Positions 9,267 through 17,736 of a stretch of DNA of 49,014 nucleotides are shown piece by piece. The notes under the pieces are model-generated. The model was not told where the DNA came from. It saw only the letters and a list, made by a program, of their open reading frames with translations, and did not search any database. A program made the translations under genes and the position numbers. This stretch comes from Candidatus Helarchaeota archaeon (GTDB lineage Archaea > Asgardarchaeota > Lokiarchaeia > Helarchaeales > RDOG01). The DNA lies in assembly GCA_029838215.1 (NCBI GenBank), contig JALGVI010000009.1, forward strand, positions 1 through 49,014, in the 5' to 3' direction. Each line of letters starts with the position of its first letter. Position 1 is the stretch's first letter.

Positions 9267-10619
9267 ATGGGCGAGGAAAAGAAAGAGGAAGGAAAGGACC
9301 AGAAGGAAAAAATGCAACACAAGCCACCTTCTGATTTTAAGGAACAGGGCATTGTCAAGGTATCCTTGGATGCATATAAAACAATTATCCTCCATGCATC
9401 TCGGTTTGCCAATTCCAAGTTGCCAATTGACACGTGGAAGGAAATCATGGGATTCTTAATTGGAAAGATCGAGGGCGATGACGTCATCATCACCAAAGCA
9501 ATTCCCATGACACACGGTTCATCAGTCGAAGTCGAATTTTCAGATGAGCATTACATTCAAAGTGCTCAAATCAATTCATGGGCTGCAGAGAGGGATCTCT
9601 TCATGGTGGGTTGGTATCATAGCCATCCCGGACTTGGATTATTCCTCTCAAGCACGGACATCAAGAACCAGTTAGCCTATCAGGGACCAAACCCGAAGGC
9701 GATTGCACTGGTGTATGATCACACGTTATTGGATCCACCAAATCATCATGGTTTCTTGATATTCAAGCTTGATAGTCCTGACATGGGCGTGATGAGTGAT
9801 TTTCATGAGGTTCCTTTCGAAATTGAAGACATGGGTGTTAAAGATTTTACTACGACCTTAGTCGAGATGATTGAGAAACAGTCCGCTCGTCAGCCATTAA
9901 TTGCCGAATACGGCGAAGATACATCACTGATGAAAGGAGTTGAGGGCGGTTCCGATAGTGCCACATCAATGGTTTCGACAACTCCATTAGGCGAAGTAAA
10001 AATCACAGTTCCTCCTTTAAATTTTGATCTTGTCACTGAAGGAATGGTAAACACGTTCAAGGCAATGATTCAGGAGGTTCTACCTGCGATGTTCACGAGT
10101 TTTTCCGACCAAACTCAAGCAATTGCAGGTGCCTTCCAAGATTTGGCTAATAGACAAGTGAAAGCAATGAATGAATTCACCGAGCTCATTAGCTTGGGCA
10201 TTGGTGAAGTCCGTGAGAAGATCATGAGTAAGATCGAGGAGAGTCATGAAGGTACCACGAATATAATGGCAACAAATTTTCAACATTTGACGGAAACCGT
10301 GGAAAAATCGTCTGATGATGTCAGCGACATAGAAGATCGCATTATTGATGACATTGTCAAGACTAGAGAAGAGTTGGGCGAAAAATTTGGCGTATTTAAA
10401 GCTGAATTCACCGACGATTTTGGCAAGGAATTTGATAACATCAAATCAGAACTCAGTGATGTTGAAAAAGAAATTGTTGACAAGCTACGATTGTCGCAAG
10501 ACGCGGCACAAGAAGAACTCGTCAAGATCATTGAGATGAAAATCAACGATGCCATCAAGAATCTGAACATTAACGTTACCAAGCGGTTCAATGATCTTGA
10601 AGAAAAATTAAATAAATAA
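9267..10619 (+). CDS. MPN+/JAMM metalloprotease (Rpn11/CSN5/BRCC36-like) with long C-terminal coiled coil
   Basis: KEIMGFLIG and an intact GWYHSHPGLGLFLSSTD JAMM motif, followed by ~200 aa of acidic amphipathic helix. Start moved from 9171 to ATG 9267, just after the E2 stop. Confidence 0.88.
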   Translation: MGEEKKEEGKDQKEKMQHKPPSDFKEQGIVKVSLDAYKTIILHASRFANSKLPIDTWKEIMGFLIGKIEGDDVIITKAIPMTHGSSVEVEFSDEHYIQSAQINSWAAERDLFMVGWYHSHPGLGLFLSSTDIKNQLAYQGPNPKAIALVYDHTLLDPPNHHGFLIFKLDSPDMGVMSDFHEVPFEIEDMGVKDFTTTLVEMIEKQSARQPLIAEYGEDTSLMKGVEGGSDSATSMVSTTPLGEVKITVPPLNFDLVTEGMVNTFKAMIQEVLPAMFTSFSDQTQAIAGAFQDLANRQVKAMNEFTELISLGIGEVREKIMSKIEESHEGTTNIMATNFQHLTETVEKSSDDVSDIEDRIIDDIVKTREELGEKFGVFKAEFTDDFGKEFDNIKSELSDVEKEIVDKLRLSQDAAQEELVKIIEMKINDAIKNLNINVTKRFNDLEEKLNK

Positions 10620-10841
10620 AAACTTCATCATTTTTTCATTTTTTTGCACTCAGAACATTCAAAAATCATTGGAATTCTGCCGAATCGGCGTTTTTTTATT
10701 CTTCATTCAAATTTCTCTTTTAATTTTAGCAGGGCATCATGAGCATCAATCATGACACTGAAATGAAAAGCATTTAAAAAAGGCAGAAAGACTATAAATA
10801 ATAATTCCTTGTTCAATTTTTGCTTTGGAGGTATTCAGAAT

Positions 10842-12002
10842 TTGCCTTATCATTATGAAGATATTCCCGATATTAATGCAAGACCATTCTGGCCTTTAGG
10901 GCGCCATGTCTGGAGAATTTTTAAAGAGCTGGGATTTGACTATGCGGGCGATGCGATTTCAAATCTTGACAAAATTCTCTATGATGAATTGAATTCACGA
11001 TTGTCCCAAACCATACTTACTTGTCAACAGGTACAATCAGGAAAGATCCCGCCAGAGAATGCCGCGAAAACACTCACTTATATGCTCCTCCCACCGATAA
11101 CTAGTATGAGAACGGATCTAAGTCAGGGCACGATGAAACTCCTATATGGAGACAGCGTTGATTTGACGTTTGTCGTCATCAATGATCAGACAGATGAGAT
11201 CTTTTTCTTACTAAACGGACATTGTGAGACAGGGGTTCCTGTTGATTGGTGGGTTGTCGGACCCGATGATGACCTATTGGAACGAAGGCATTTAAAGCTC
11301 GGCTTCAAGTTGCGAGACATCTATAAAAGGCTGAAAGATTTTACAAAGTGTGGATTTCGTGCCATTGACATATTAAAGGACGTGAGAAATGAAAGGACGC
11401 CACAATTTGCTCATAGCACGTATCTCTGCGGCATAATATGGTCAAGTGGAATGGCACAACAGTTAATGGAACGAAGTAATTGGGAGACGTGGGCTTCAAT
11501 TCACGATGGCGTGAATGCAAAATCACATTATAAGCTTCCAGATTATTGGTTTTGTTACATCCCTTGGCCCCAGATGGTGCGGACTCTTCTCATGTTATCA
11601 AGACCTCGATTCACCTCGAAGATCGTTGGGATGACAAATGAGCACCGATTATACATACAACCAATTGAAGATATTGGTGCGAATTTCCTGAAAGATAATT
11701 ATCCAGAATTGTGGGAAATCGGCGTGACAAAAAATCTGAAAGAACTCGGCATTCCGTTGCCTGCAATGACTCTTGAGTGCCAGCCGCCAAATTTTCAAGA
11801 CAAGAAAATATTCAAGACGGAAGAATTCGACTTCAATTATCCCAGAAACGATTTCATACTTGACAAGCATTTGGGAATGGAAGAGTCTGAGATATTACAG
11901 GGCGTATTTTTAAACGTGAATCACGAAACGCCTTTCAAGGAAGATTATCGAGACGATATTTTATCGATTGGGCTAGGAACGGAAACGAAATTCCCCACAT
12001 AA
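10842..12002 (+). CDS. Uncharacterised protein, paralogue of 13100..14266
   Basis: Long ORF; TTG 10842 follows GGAGG and aligns with the N-terminus of the paralogue (PYHYEDIPD vs LYNYGDVPD). No family recognised. Confidence 0.85.
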   Translation: MPYHYEDIPDINARPFWPLGRHVWRIFKELGFDYAGDAISNLDKILYDELNSRLSQTILTCQQVQSGKIPPENAAKTLTYMLLPPITSMRTDLSQGTMKLLYGDSVDLTFVVINDQTDEIFFLLNGHCETGVPVDWWVVGPDDDLLERRHLKLGFKLRDIYKRLKDFTKCGFRAIDILKDVRNERTPQFAHSTYLCGIIWSSGMAQQLMERSNWETWASIHDGVNAKSHYKLPDYWFCYIPWPQMVRTLLMLSRPRFTSKIVGMTNEHRLYIQPIEDIGANFLKDNYPELWEIGVTKNLKELGIPLPAMTLECQPPNFQDKKIFKTEEFDFNYPRNDFILDKHLGMEESEILQGVFLNVNHETPFKEDYRDDILSIGLGTETKFPT

Positions 12003-12061
12003 ATTAATTAAATGAATATTTTCATTTCTTTATTGGATTTATTTAAATTAAAAAGCTTCAT

Positions 12062-12997
12062 TTGATGATAGTAATGCCGGACATCCTCACGCCAATCATC
12101 CTGAGCATGATTGCAGGCAGTGCCACCGTTTTGGGCGGAGTTTTGGGCATATTTAAACGACTTTCAATGAGACAATTTGACACGATCATTGGATTTGCAG
12201 CAGGTGTCATGCTATCCGTTGCCACGTTCGGACTCATTGACGAGGGTTTGACACTTTTATTAAGCTTACAAGCCCTGCAGATCATCGGAATCTTGATCAC
12301 GCTCACCGTTATTATTGGAGGGATATGCTTGGGAGTCTTGAGCCTTTATCTGATGGATAAGTTCATTCCGCACATCCACATGCTTGCGGGAAACGAGGAT
12401 AAAAAATCCAAAAAGGAAATGGATTTGTGTGAACGTGAATGCCTCTGCCCGAATAAAGAGCGATGGTTTGAATGCCCATACTTGGAAGATGGAAAATGTC
12501 GAAATTTGGGAGGATGTTTCTGTCCTAAAAAAGCAAAATTTCAAAGAGAATTAAAGTATTCAGGGATTTTACTTGCCATTGGTCTAACGCTCCATAACGC
12601 GCCAGAAGGAATTGCCGTCGGTGCGGGATTCATGGCCATTTCTTCACTCGGTATCACGATTGCCATCGCCATTTCGTTGCACAACATTCCAGAAGGACTT
12701 GCCATCGCAATTCCTCTCATGCAAGCAGATTACCCGCGGAAAAAAATACTCTTGATCACGTCAATCTCCGGAATGGCAGAGCCACTCGCGTGCCTTTTTG
12801 CAGTCTTGTTCCTTCAAGCATTGCCCAGTGCTTATCTTGCATTTTTTCTGGCATTTGCAGGTGGAGCAATGATTTACATCACGTCCGACGAATTAATACC
12901 CGAATCCCACAAGCACGGGTTTGAGCATGAAGCGACCTTAGGTTTGGTTTTAGGATTCATTCTAATGCTAGTTCTAATGGTCGGGTTCGGAATCTGA
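12062..12997 (+). CDS. zupT: ZIP (ZupT/GufA) family divalent metal transporter with Cys-rich loop
   Basis: FAAGVML, HNAPEG, HNIPEG and ELIPE motifs; multiple hydrophobic helices. Confidence 0.92.
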   Translation: MMIVMPDILTPIILSMIAGSATVLGGVLGIFKRLSMRQFDTIIGFAAGVMLSVATFGLIDEGLTLLLSLQALQIIGILITLTVIIGGICLGVLSLYLMDKFIPHIHMLAGNEDKKSKKEMDLCERECLCPNKERWFECPYLEDGKCRNLGGCFCPKKAKFQRELKYSGILLAIGLTLHNAPEGIAVGAGFMAISSLGITIAIAISLHNIPEGLAIAIPLMQADYPRKKILLITSISGMAEPLACLFAVLFLQALPSAYLAFFLAFAGGAMIYITSDELIPESHKHGFEHEATLGLVLGFILMLVLMVGFGI

Positions 12998-13099
12998 GAC
13001 TTGCAATAAGTAGTTCTCAGACACACGACATTGATAGAGTCTTGATGTGAGTCAAGTTCATCTTGACTTGATAAAAATGGTGAGTGAAAGTCTTCGCTT

Positions 13100-14266
13100 T
13101 CATTTAAAGAATTTTGTTTCGGAACCCATTCCCATGCTGATTTTCAGGTCAGGAGTCAGTTCCACGTCTAATGGGGTTTGATGATCAATGTCGAACAAGT
13201 AACCCTTGCTTGATTCTTCTTCCGTGATGTTCATGTTTTCCAGCGTGAGCCGAGCTCCGTCGGGTATGTCTCTTACCCACCAGCCATCAGGTCCGATCAT
13301 ATCTTTTTTCTTTGTTGGGATCTTCGTTCCGAGCGTTATTGCAGGAATCGGAATTCCATCGGTCGTCCACTGTGGCAAGTAACTGATGGGATAAACTTCA
13401 GCAAGTTCCGTCTTGACCCATTCCATTGCTCCGTCCTCAATGGTGTTCGTTATCAATTTGTGGCTCGTGGTCAAGCCTTCTATTGATTTTGTAAAATTGT
13501 CACGAGTCAAAAGGAAAAGAGTCGAAAACAATGGAGGTACCGGGTAATAGAGGAAGTGGTAATCCTTGATCTTATAGAGACGCTTCGCGTTCATTCCATC
13601 ATAAATGGAAGCCATTGTTTCGTAACAGGATTGCTCTGCGAAGATGTTGAACATTGCACTGCTGAAGCAAGTTGAAATGGTGTATAGAGAATTGGAAAAT
13701 TGCGGAGTTCGTTCATTTCGAATGTCCCTTAGGACCGATTCTAGCCATTGTGCACATTTTATCATGTTTTTTGCCTTTTTGGGAATGTCCCTGAGTTTGA
13801 CACCATATTTTAGATGCCTTCGCTCCATCAGGTCATCGTGCACGCCCGCCAGCCACCAGTCGACAGGAACGCCACCTTCGAGGTGACCATTAAATACGAA
13901 TAATAGTTCATGAGTGTAGTCATTGATGATTGCGAAGGAAACATCCGTCGAATCACCGTAAAGTAACTTGTTTGTTCCTACTTGCAAGTCAGACCTACAC
14001 GTCACGACGTGTGGAATGGTATAAAGAAAGGTCTTTTCGGCTTCTTCCTGTGATATTTCTCCGGAAAGAATCTTCCTGCCCGTGAAGATCATGTTGTCCC
14101 AGCGGGCTTTGGTAACGTCATATTGAACCTGCCGAAATTTCGAGAAGACATTTTCCATGTATTCAACGCCAAAATGTCGGAATACCTTGAAAATATGTTT
14201 TGAGATGAGCATGAATTCCTTCGTGAAATTATCATCAGGAACATCGCCATAATTATACAACGACAT
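13100..14266 (-). CDS. Uncharacterised protein, paralogue of 10842..12002
   Basis: Shares KLLYGDS, NGH, GVPVDWW, ERRHLK, KLRDI, RNERTPQF, DG.NAK and terminal S.G.G.ETKF with 10842..12002. Start is likely ATG 14266 (ORF track gives 14323). Confidence 0.85.
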   Translation of the reverse strand: MSLYNYGDVPDDNFTKEFMLISKHIFKVFRHFGVEYMENVFSKFRQVQYDVTKARWDNMIFTGRKILSGEISQEEAEKTFLYTIPHVVTCRSDLQVGTNKLLYGDSTDVSFAIINDYTHELLFVFNGHLEGGVPVDWWLAGVHDDLMERRHLKYGVKLRDIPKKAKNMIKCAQWLESVLRDIRNERTPQFSNSLYTISTCFSSAMFNIFAEQSCYETMASIYDGMNAKRLYKIKDYHFLYYPVPPLFSTLFLLTRDNFTKSIEGLTTSHKLITNTIEDGAMEWVKTELAEVYPISYLPQWTTDGIPIPAITLGTKIPTKKKDMIGPDGWWVRDIPDGARLTLENMNITEEESSKGYLFDIDHQTPLDVELTPDLKISMGMGSETKFFK

Positions 14267-14413
14267 TGAAATCCCCATTTTTTTGGAATAGATTACTTGA
14301 AACTCAGATTTTAATCTTTTCATGAAAAAAAACTAAAAATGCTTGTAAAATCGCTTTGTTCGATATATCTCCTTAAATTTTTTTTAAAAATAAAATGCTA
14401 AATTTGGTAATTG

Positions 14414-14447
14414 ACTTGAGAAAATACGAATTCCTGCACTCAGACAA
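14414..14447. repeat. 34-bp exact direct repeat, copy 1
   Basis: acttgagaaaatacgaattcctgcactcagacaa, identical to 14808..14841. Confidence 0.95.
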
Positions 14448-14779
14448 CTTTCTTATCTTGGTGGACGATCACGATTGATCACGTGGAAAACCCATTGGTA
14501 GCACTATTATCCCCCGTGACGGCAGGAACGGTACTCGGCAATCCGGGCACTTGGCATGATGAATTCGGTCGAGTGGAATTGAGCATAGATTACGGAATGA
14601 GTAGTCACATGGCTCCGTTCCTGATGTTTGACCAAACACTACGAACAACCTATGAAAACAAAGTCTGGCAACTAATGACGGACTGGGAGGCATTCAAGAG
14701 CAATACCAGCATCTACGATCAAGCCAGCATGGTGCTTGCTGGTTGCTTATATTACAGCCTCGATGAAAGTCAATTATGA
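14448..14779 (+). pseudogene. Probable gene fragment enclosed by the direct repeats
   Basis: The frame of the 98-aa ORF (GTG 14483) is open back through the left repeat. The sequence is protein-like and visibly more GC-rich than its flanks, with no convincing SD or start. Confidence 0.45.
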
Positions 14780-14807
14780 TTTTCATTAATGGCTTGCTTG
14801 ATTTTGA

Positions 14808-14841
14808 ACTTGAGAAAATACGAATTCCTGCACTCAGACAA
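14808..14841. repeat. 34-bp exact direct repeat, copy 2
   Basis: Identical to 14414..14447. Confidence 0.95.
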
Positions 14842-14907
14842 AAACCAGATTTGAATCTTGAAAAATAAATTCAAATACTTTTTTTTTATTGTCAAAAAAA
14901 GAATCTT

Positions 14908-15165
14908 TTGGAGCATCGCATGATGGAACCCTGTTATATTTGTAATTCCAAGACGGACTTGATTTGTGAGAATTGTGAAAGGCCGTTTTGTGATTCCTGC
15001 AGCGGCATCACGGCAGGCGTGAAGGATGCAGGAGCTTATTGTAAAAAATGCACCTTAAGGTTATTTACGGTGCGTTGCACGAAGTGTGGTAATAGATTTA
15101 AGTCCAAGGATGATTTAGAAGAACATTTCAGAAAACATCCTGTTCACAGGACTCAATTTGATTAA
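14908..15165 (+). CDS. Small multi-zinc-finger protein (8-Cys module plus classical C2H2 finger)
   Basis: CxxC-x7-CxxC-x4-CxxC-x13-CxxC followed by C-x2-C-x3-F-x5-L-x2-H-x3-H. Confidence 0.8.
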   Translation: MEHRMMEPCYICNSKTDLICENCERPFCDSCSGITAGVKDAGAYCKKCTLRLFTVRCTKCGNRFKSKDDLEEHFRKHPVHRTQFD

Positions 15166-15173
15166 TTTTATTC

Positions 15174-15584
15174 ATGAATTCTTTAGAGAGGAATGATCTC
15201 ATTCACGAATTTGGAACGGCTCAGAATATAGCGCGTGTTTGTCAGAGGGTGGCACTCCAACACAGTGCGAAGAAAATCACGCAAATAAATCTTGAAATAG
15301 GCGAATTCACGTTTATCAATCCCGATCAGTTGCGTTTTGTATTCAAGATTGCAGCCCAGGGGTCAATTGCTGAAGATGCATATCTTAACATCACGAAAAA
15401 ACCCGGAGCCATTCGCTGCAAGGAATGCGGATTTGAGGGAAAGGTCACGCTTGAAGATAATCCAGAGTACCATTCACTTGGAACCATTAGCTTGGGATTG
15501 GATTGTCCAAAATGCAAGAGTAAGAATACGGAGATAATTGGGGGAAGAGAATTAAACATTAAGGATATAAAAGTAGAGGATTAA
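15174..15584 (+). CDS. hypA: Hydrogenase maturation nickel metallochaperone HypA
   Basis: HE...A..I, I..I.LEIGE.T..NP.QL.F, CKEC...CPKC and I.GG.EL.I..I motifs. The true start may be ATT 15201. Confidence 0.92.
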   Translation: MNSLERNDLIHEFGTAQNIARVCQRVALQHSAKKITQINLEIGEFTFINPDQLRFVFKIAAQGSIAEDAYLNITKKPGAIRCKECGFEGKVTLEDNPEYHSLGTISLGLDCPKCKSKNTEIIGGRELNIKDIKVED

Positions 15585-15585
15585 T

Positions 15586-15975
15586 TTATTTCTTAATTAG
15601 TATTCCATTAACCTGTCCGTGTTGCCCGGGACGACTGGTTATTTGAACGCGTCCAATTTTGGTTTCAACGATTGTCCCTTTGGTTATTACCTTTCGACGG
15701 TGATAGTCCACGTTTGTCGGGTTCTCAAGAAAAGCCTTTATCTTTACCTTCTGAGTTTTTCCAGATTTTGGATCGGACACGTTTACGTATTCAGTTTGCA
15801 AGACCTTTAACTTGTAGTTGCCACCATGAACTCGCACGAGTTTAAATTTCTCAGGGGCCAACATCGTTTCGATTGCAGGTCGAGCCATTTCTCTCTTGCG
15901 TTTTTTATGAGTTGCACGATTTTTTAAACGACCGCCAGTGGGTTTTCGATTACTTTTTCCTTGCCAATTAACCAA
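15586..15975 (-). CDS. rps8e: 30S ribosomal protein S8e
   Basis: WQGKS.RKPTGG, RVHGGN.K, ITKGTIV.T.IG...ITSRPGQHG.VNG; TTG start. Confidence 0.97.
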   Translation of the reverse strand: MVNWQGKSNRKPTGGRLKNRATHKKRKREMARPAIETMLAPEKFKLVRVHGGNYKLKVLQTEYVNVSDPKSGKTQKVKIKAFLENPTNVDYHRRKVITKGTIVETKIGRVQITSRPGQHGQVNGILIKK

Positions 15976-16084
15976 ATCAATCCACCAAATACGTGGTTAT
16001 AGATGTGAAATTAAAAATGAATATAAATTTTTTCTATCAAGTAAATCTCAGTACAGAAAGAAAAGATGTGAACTTGAAAAGAAA

Positions 16085-16450
16085 TTAAAGCACCTTATCC
16101 AGTGCCACGCGCAAGTTTCTTTGTATTAATCCTAGGCTTGACGTGGCATCTGTACCCGTAATGGCAGCAAAAAGCAGGTCGCCAGATCCTACGATGATGA
16201 CATATCCTTCATTAGCGCGGATGTTGACTTCTTTGACATTACCTTTTTCAATTATTTGAGCCATTTTGGAGGCATTTTCGAGAATTTTAACACCATTTTC
16301 TGCAACACCGGAATGATCCAATTCGGTCAAAGTCTGACCCACGATGACTTTTCCTTTTTCAGCAGCAATTAACCCTTCAATTTCGGGTATGTTATCCATT
16401 AAATTCGCCAAGAGCTTTTCTATTTCTTCTTTTTTTGCCATGCATTTCAC
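16085..16450 (-). CDS. Roadblock/LC7 (MglB/LAMTOR-like) protein
   Basis: About 120 aa, IPEIEG...A..G..I pattern, G....V.I...EGY.IIV...D, terminal SLGLI..NL helix. Confidence 0.8.
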   Translation of the reverse strand: MKCMAKKEEIEKLLANLMDNIPEIEGLIAAEKGKVIVGQTLTELDHSGVAENGVKILENASKMAQIIEKGNVKEVNIRANEGYVIIVGSGDLLFAAITGTDATSSLGLIQRNLRVALDKVL

Positions 16451-16472
16451 CCTTATTAAGAATGCACTATCA

Positions 16473-16496
16473 AGTTCTTGAACAGGTTCGAGAACT
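16473..16496. promoter_or_regulatory. 24-bp near-perfect inverted repeat upstream of a roadblock gene (possible operator)
   Basis: agttcttgaac-ag-gttcgagaact: 10 of 11 arm positions are complementary; lies in the divergent intergenic region. Confidence 0.35.
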
Positions 16497-16726
16497 CAAG
16501 TTCTGGAATTCGTACAATTGTTATAGTTTTAGCTTAATAAAAATCATGCTAAAATATATCAAATTTCATTAAAAAGATAATTGTGTGATGATGGAAGAAA
16601 AATATTAAATATCGTGAGAATTATTTGAATAATGTTCAAGTAAAAATCTCATGATTACCACGCTCCAAAGTCATGGAACAAAATTCTCGTGGAGCGTAAT
16701 TAGGTATGATGCAGGATTGAAAAAAC

Positions 16727-17032
16727 ATGTTTGGACGCAGGATTTTTGACGAAACGCTGAAAAAATTAAAGCGTTTTGAGGGTGTAAAAGGAGTTATCGT
16801 CACGGATGTAACGGGACTACCGATCTCAACGACTTATGACACGGAGAAAACAGAAAAAATTGCGGCTTTAATTACTTCGCTTGTAGGAAAAGCTCGGAGC
16901 GTGGTCAGCGAGTTAGAAGAAGGTGCCATGAGTTTTCTAACCATTACGACGCTCGAAGGCGAGGTCCTGATTGCTCCAGAAGAGGAGTATATCTTGATTG
17001 TTCTCAAGGAAAAAGGAGTTAAGATATTCTAG
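16727..17032 (+). CDS. Roadblock/LC7 protein
   Basis: [29 protein letters not shown]....I....GEV.I...EEYILIVL. Confidence 0.9.
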   Translation: MFGRRIFDETLKKLKRFEGVKGVIVTDVTGLPISTTYDTEKTEKIAALITSLVGKARSVVSELEEGAMSFLTITTLEGEVLIAPEEEYILIVLKEKGVKIF

Positions 17033-17259
17033 ATCTTTTCAATTTTTTAAGATTTAATTTATAAATTGGGATATTTGGAAACGATTCAAATCGTTTGATA
17101 GATGTTTTTTCTAGTCTAACTTTTTATGGAGAATTTGGGGAAAGCGCATGTTGCGATCAAGAAGAATTTCTTATTTGGAAGTTAATGGATAAAGATATCG
17201 CAGATATCATGAATTTAAATATGTATTCCTAGCGGAAACGATAAAAGTAGTGGAAAGAA

Positions 17260-17736
17260 TTATTTTTCCAGTTCAGCCAAGAGTTTTTCAACGGTCCTTT
17301 TCATGTCAAGGAAAATCAAGCCCAGACGTACCTTTTTCGTAGCACTAACAGTAAGGACAGCATTTTCACCGACAGCCATTGAAATGAGATATCCCTCAGA
17401 GCCGCGAATCATCACCTGTTCGAGTTCTCCTTTTGCAAGCTCTGCGGCAGCCCGTTCACCTAATGAGAGGATGGCAGCCGTCATTGCAGCAACTCTTGCT
17501 TCATCAACATCTCTTGGTAAAGCGCTGGCAATGGGTAACCCTTCAGCAGATACAATTGCCGCAGCTTCAATTTCGGGTATGTTCGATTCTAATTCTTTTA
17601 GAATTTCCGTTAATTTTTGCGGCTTATCTCCAGTTGGCATGATTCCAAACTGAAAATCGCTTAAATCCCCGAGGTCATTTACATCAGGGATGTCAGGCAT
17701 CTCAGGCAAGCGCATTGGATCCGGATCTTCACCCAT
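17260..17736 (-). CDS. Roadblock/LC7 (MglB-like) protein with acidic Pro-rich N-terminal extension
   Basis: IEAAAIVSAEGLPIAS, RVAAMTAAILSLGERAAAEL.KGELEQV.I.G.EGY, LGL.FLDMKR. Probable start is ATG 17736. Confidence 0.92.
   Translation of the reverse strand: MGEDPDPMRLPEMPDIPDVNDLGDLSDFQFGIMPTGDKPQKLTEILKELESNIPEIEAAAIVSAEGLPIASALPRDVDEARVAAMTAAILSLGERAAAELAKGELEQVMIRGSEGYLISMAVGENAVLTVSATKKVRLGLIFLDMKRTVEKLLAELEK

Noticed and set aside
13051-13071. Short TCAAGT...ACTTGA inverted repeat between convergent genes
   Set aside because: The arms are only 6 bp and TCAAG/CTTGA words are common in this sequence, so it cannot be called a terminator or element end.
14414-14841. The direct repeats as a CRISPR array or tRNA-derived att site
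   Set aside because: There are only two copies, the spacer is ~360 bp, no cas genes are present, and neither strand resembles a tRNA 3' end.
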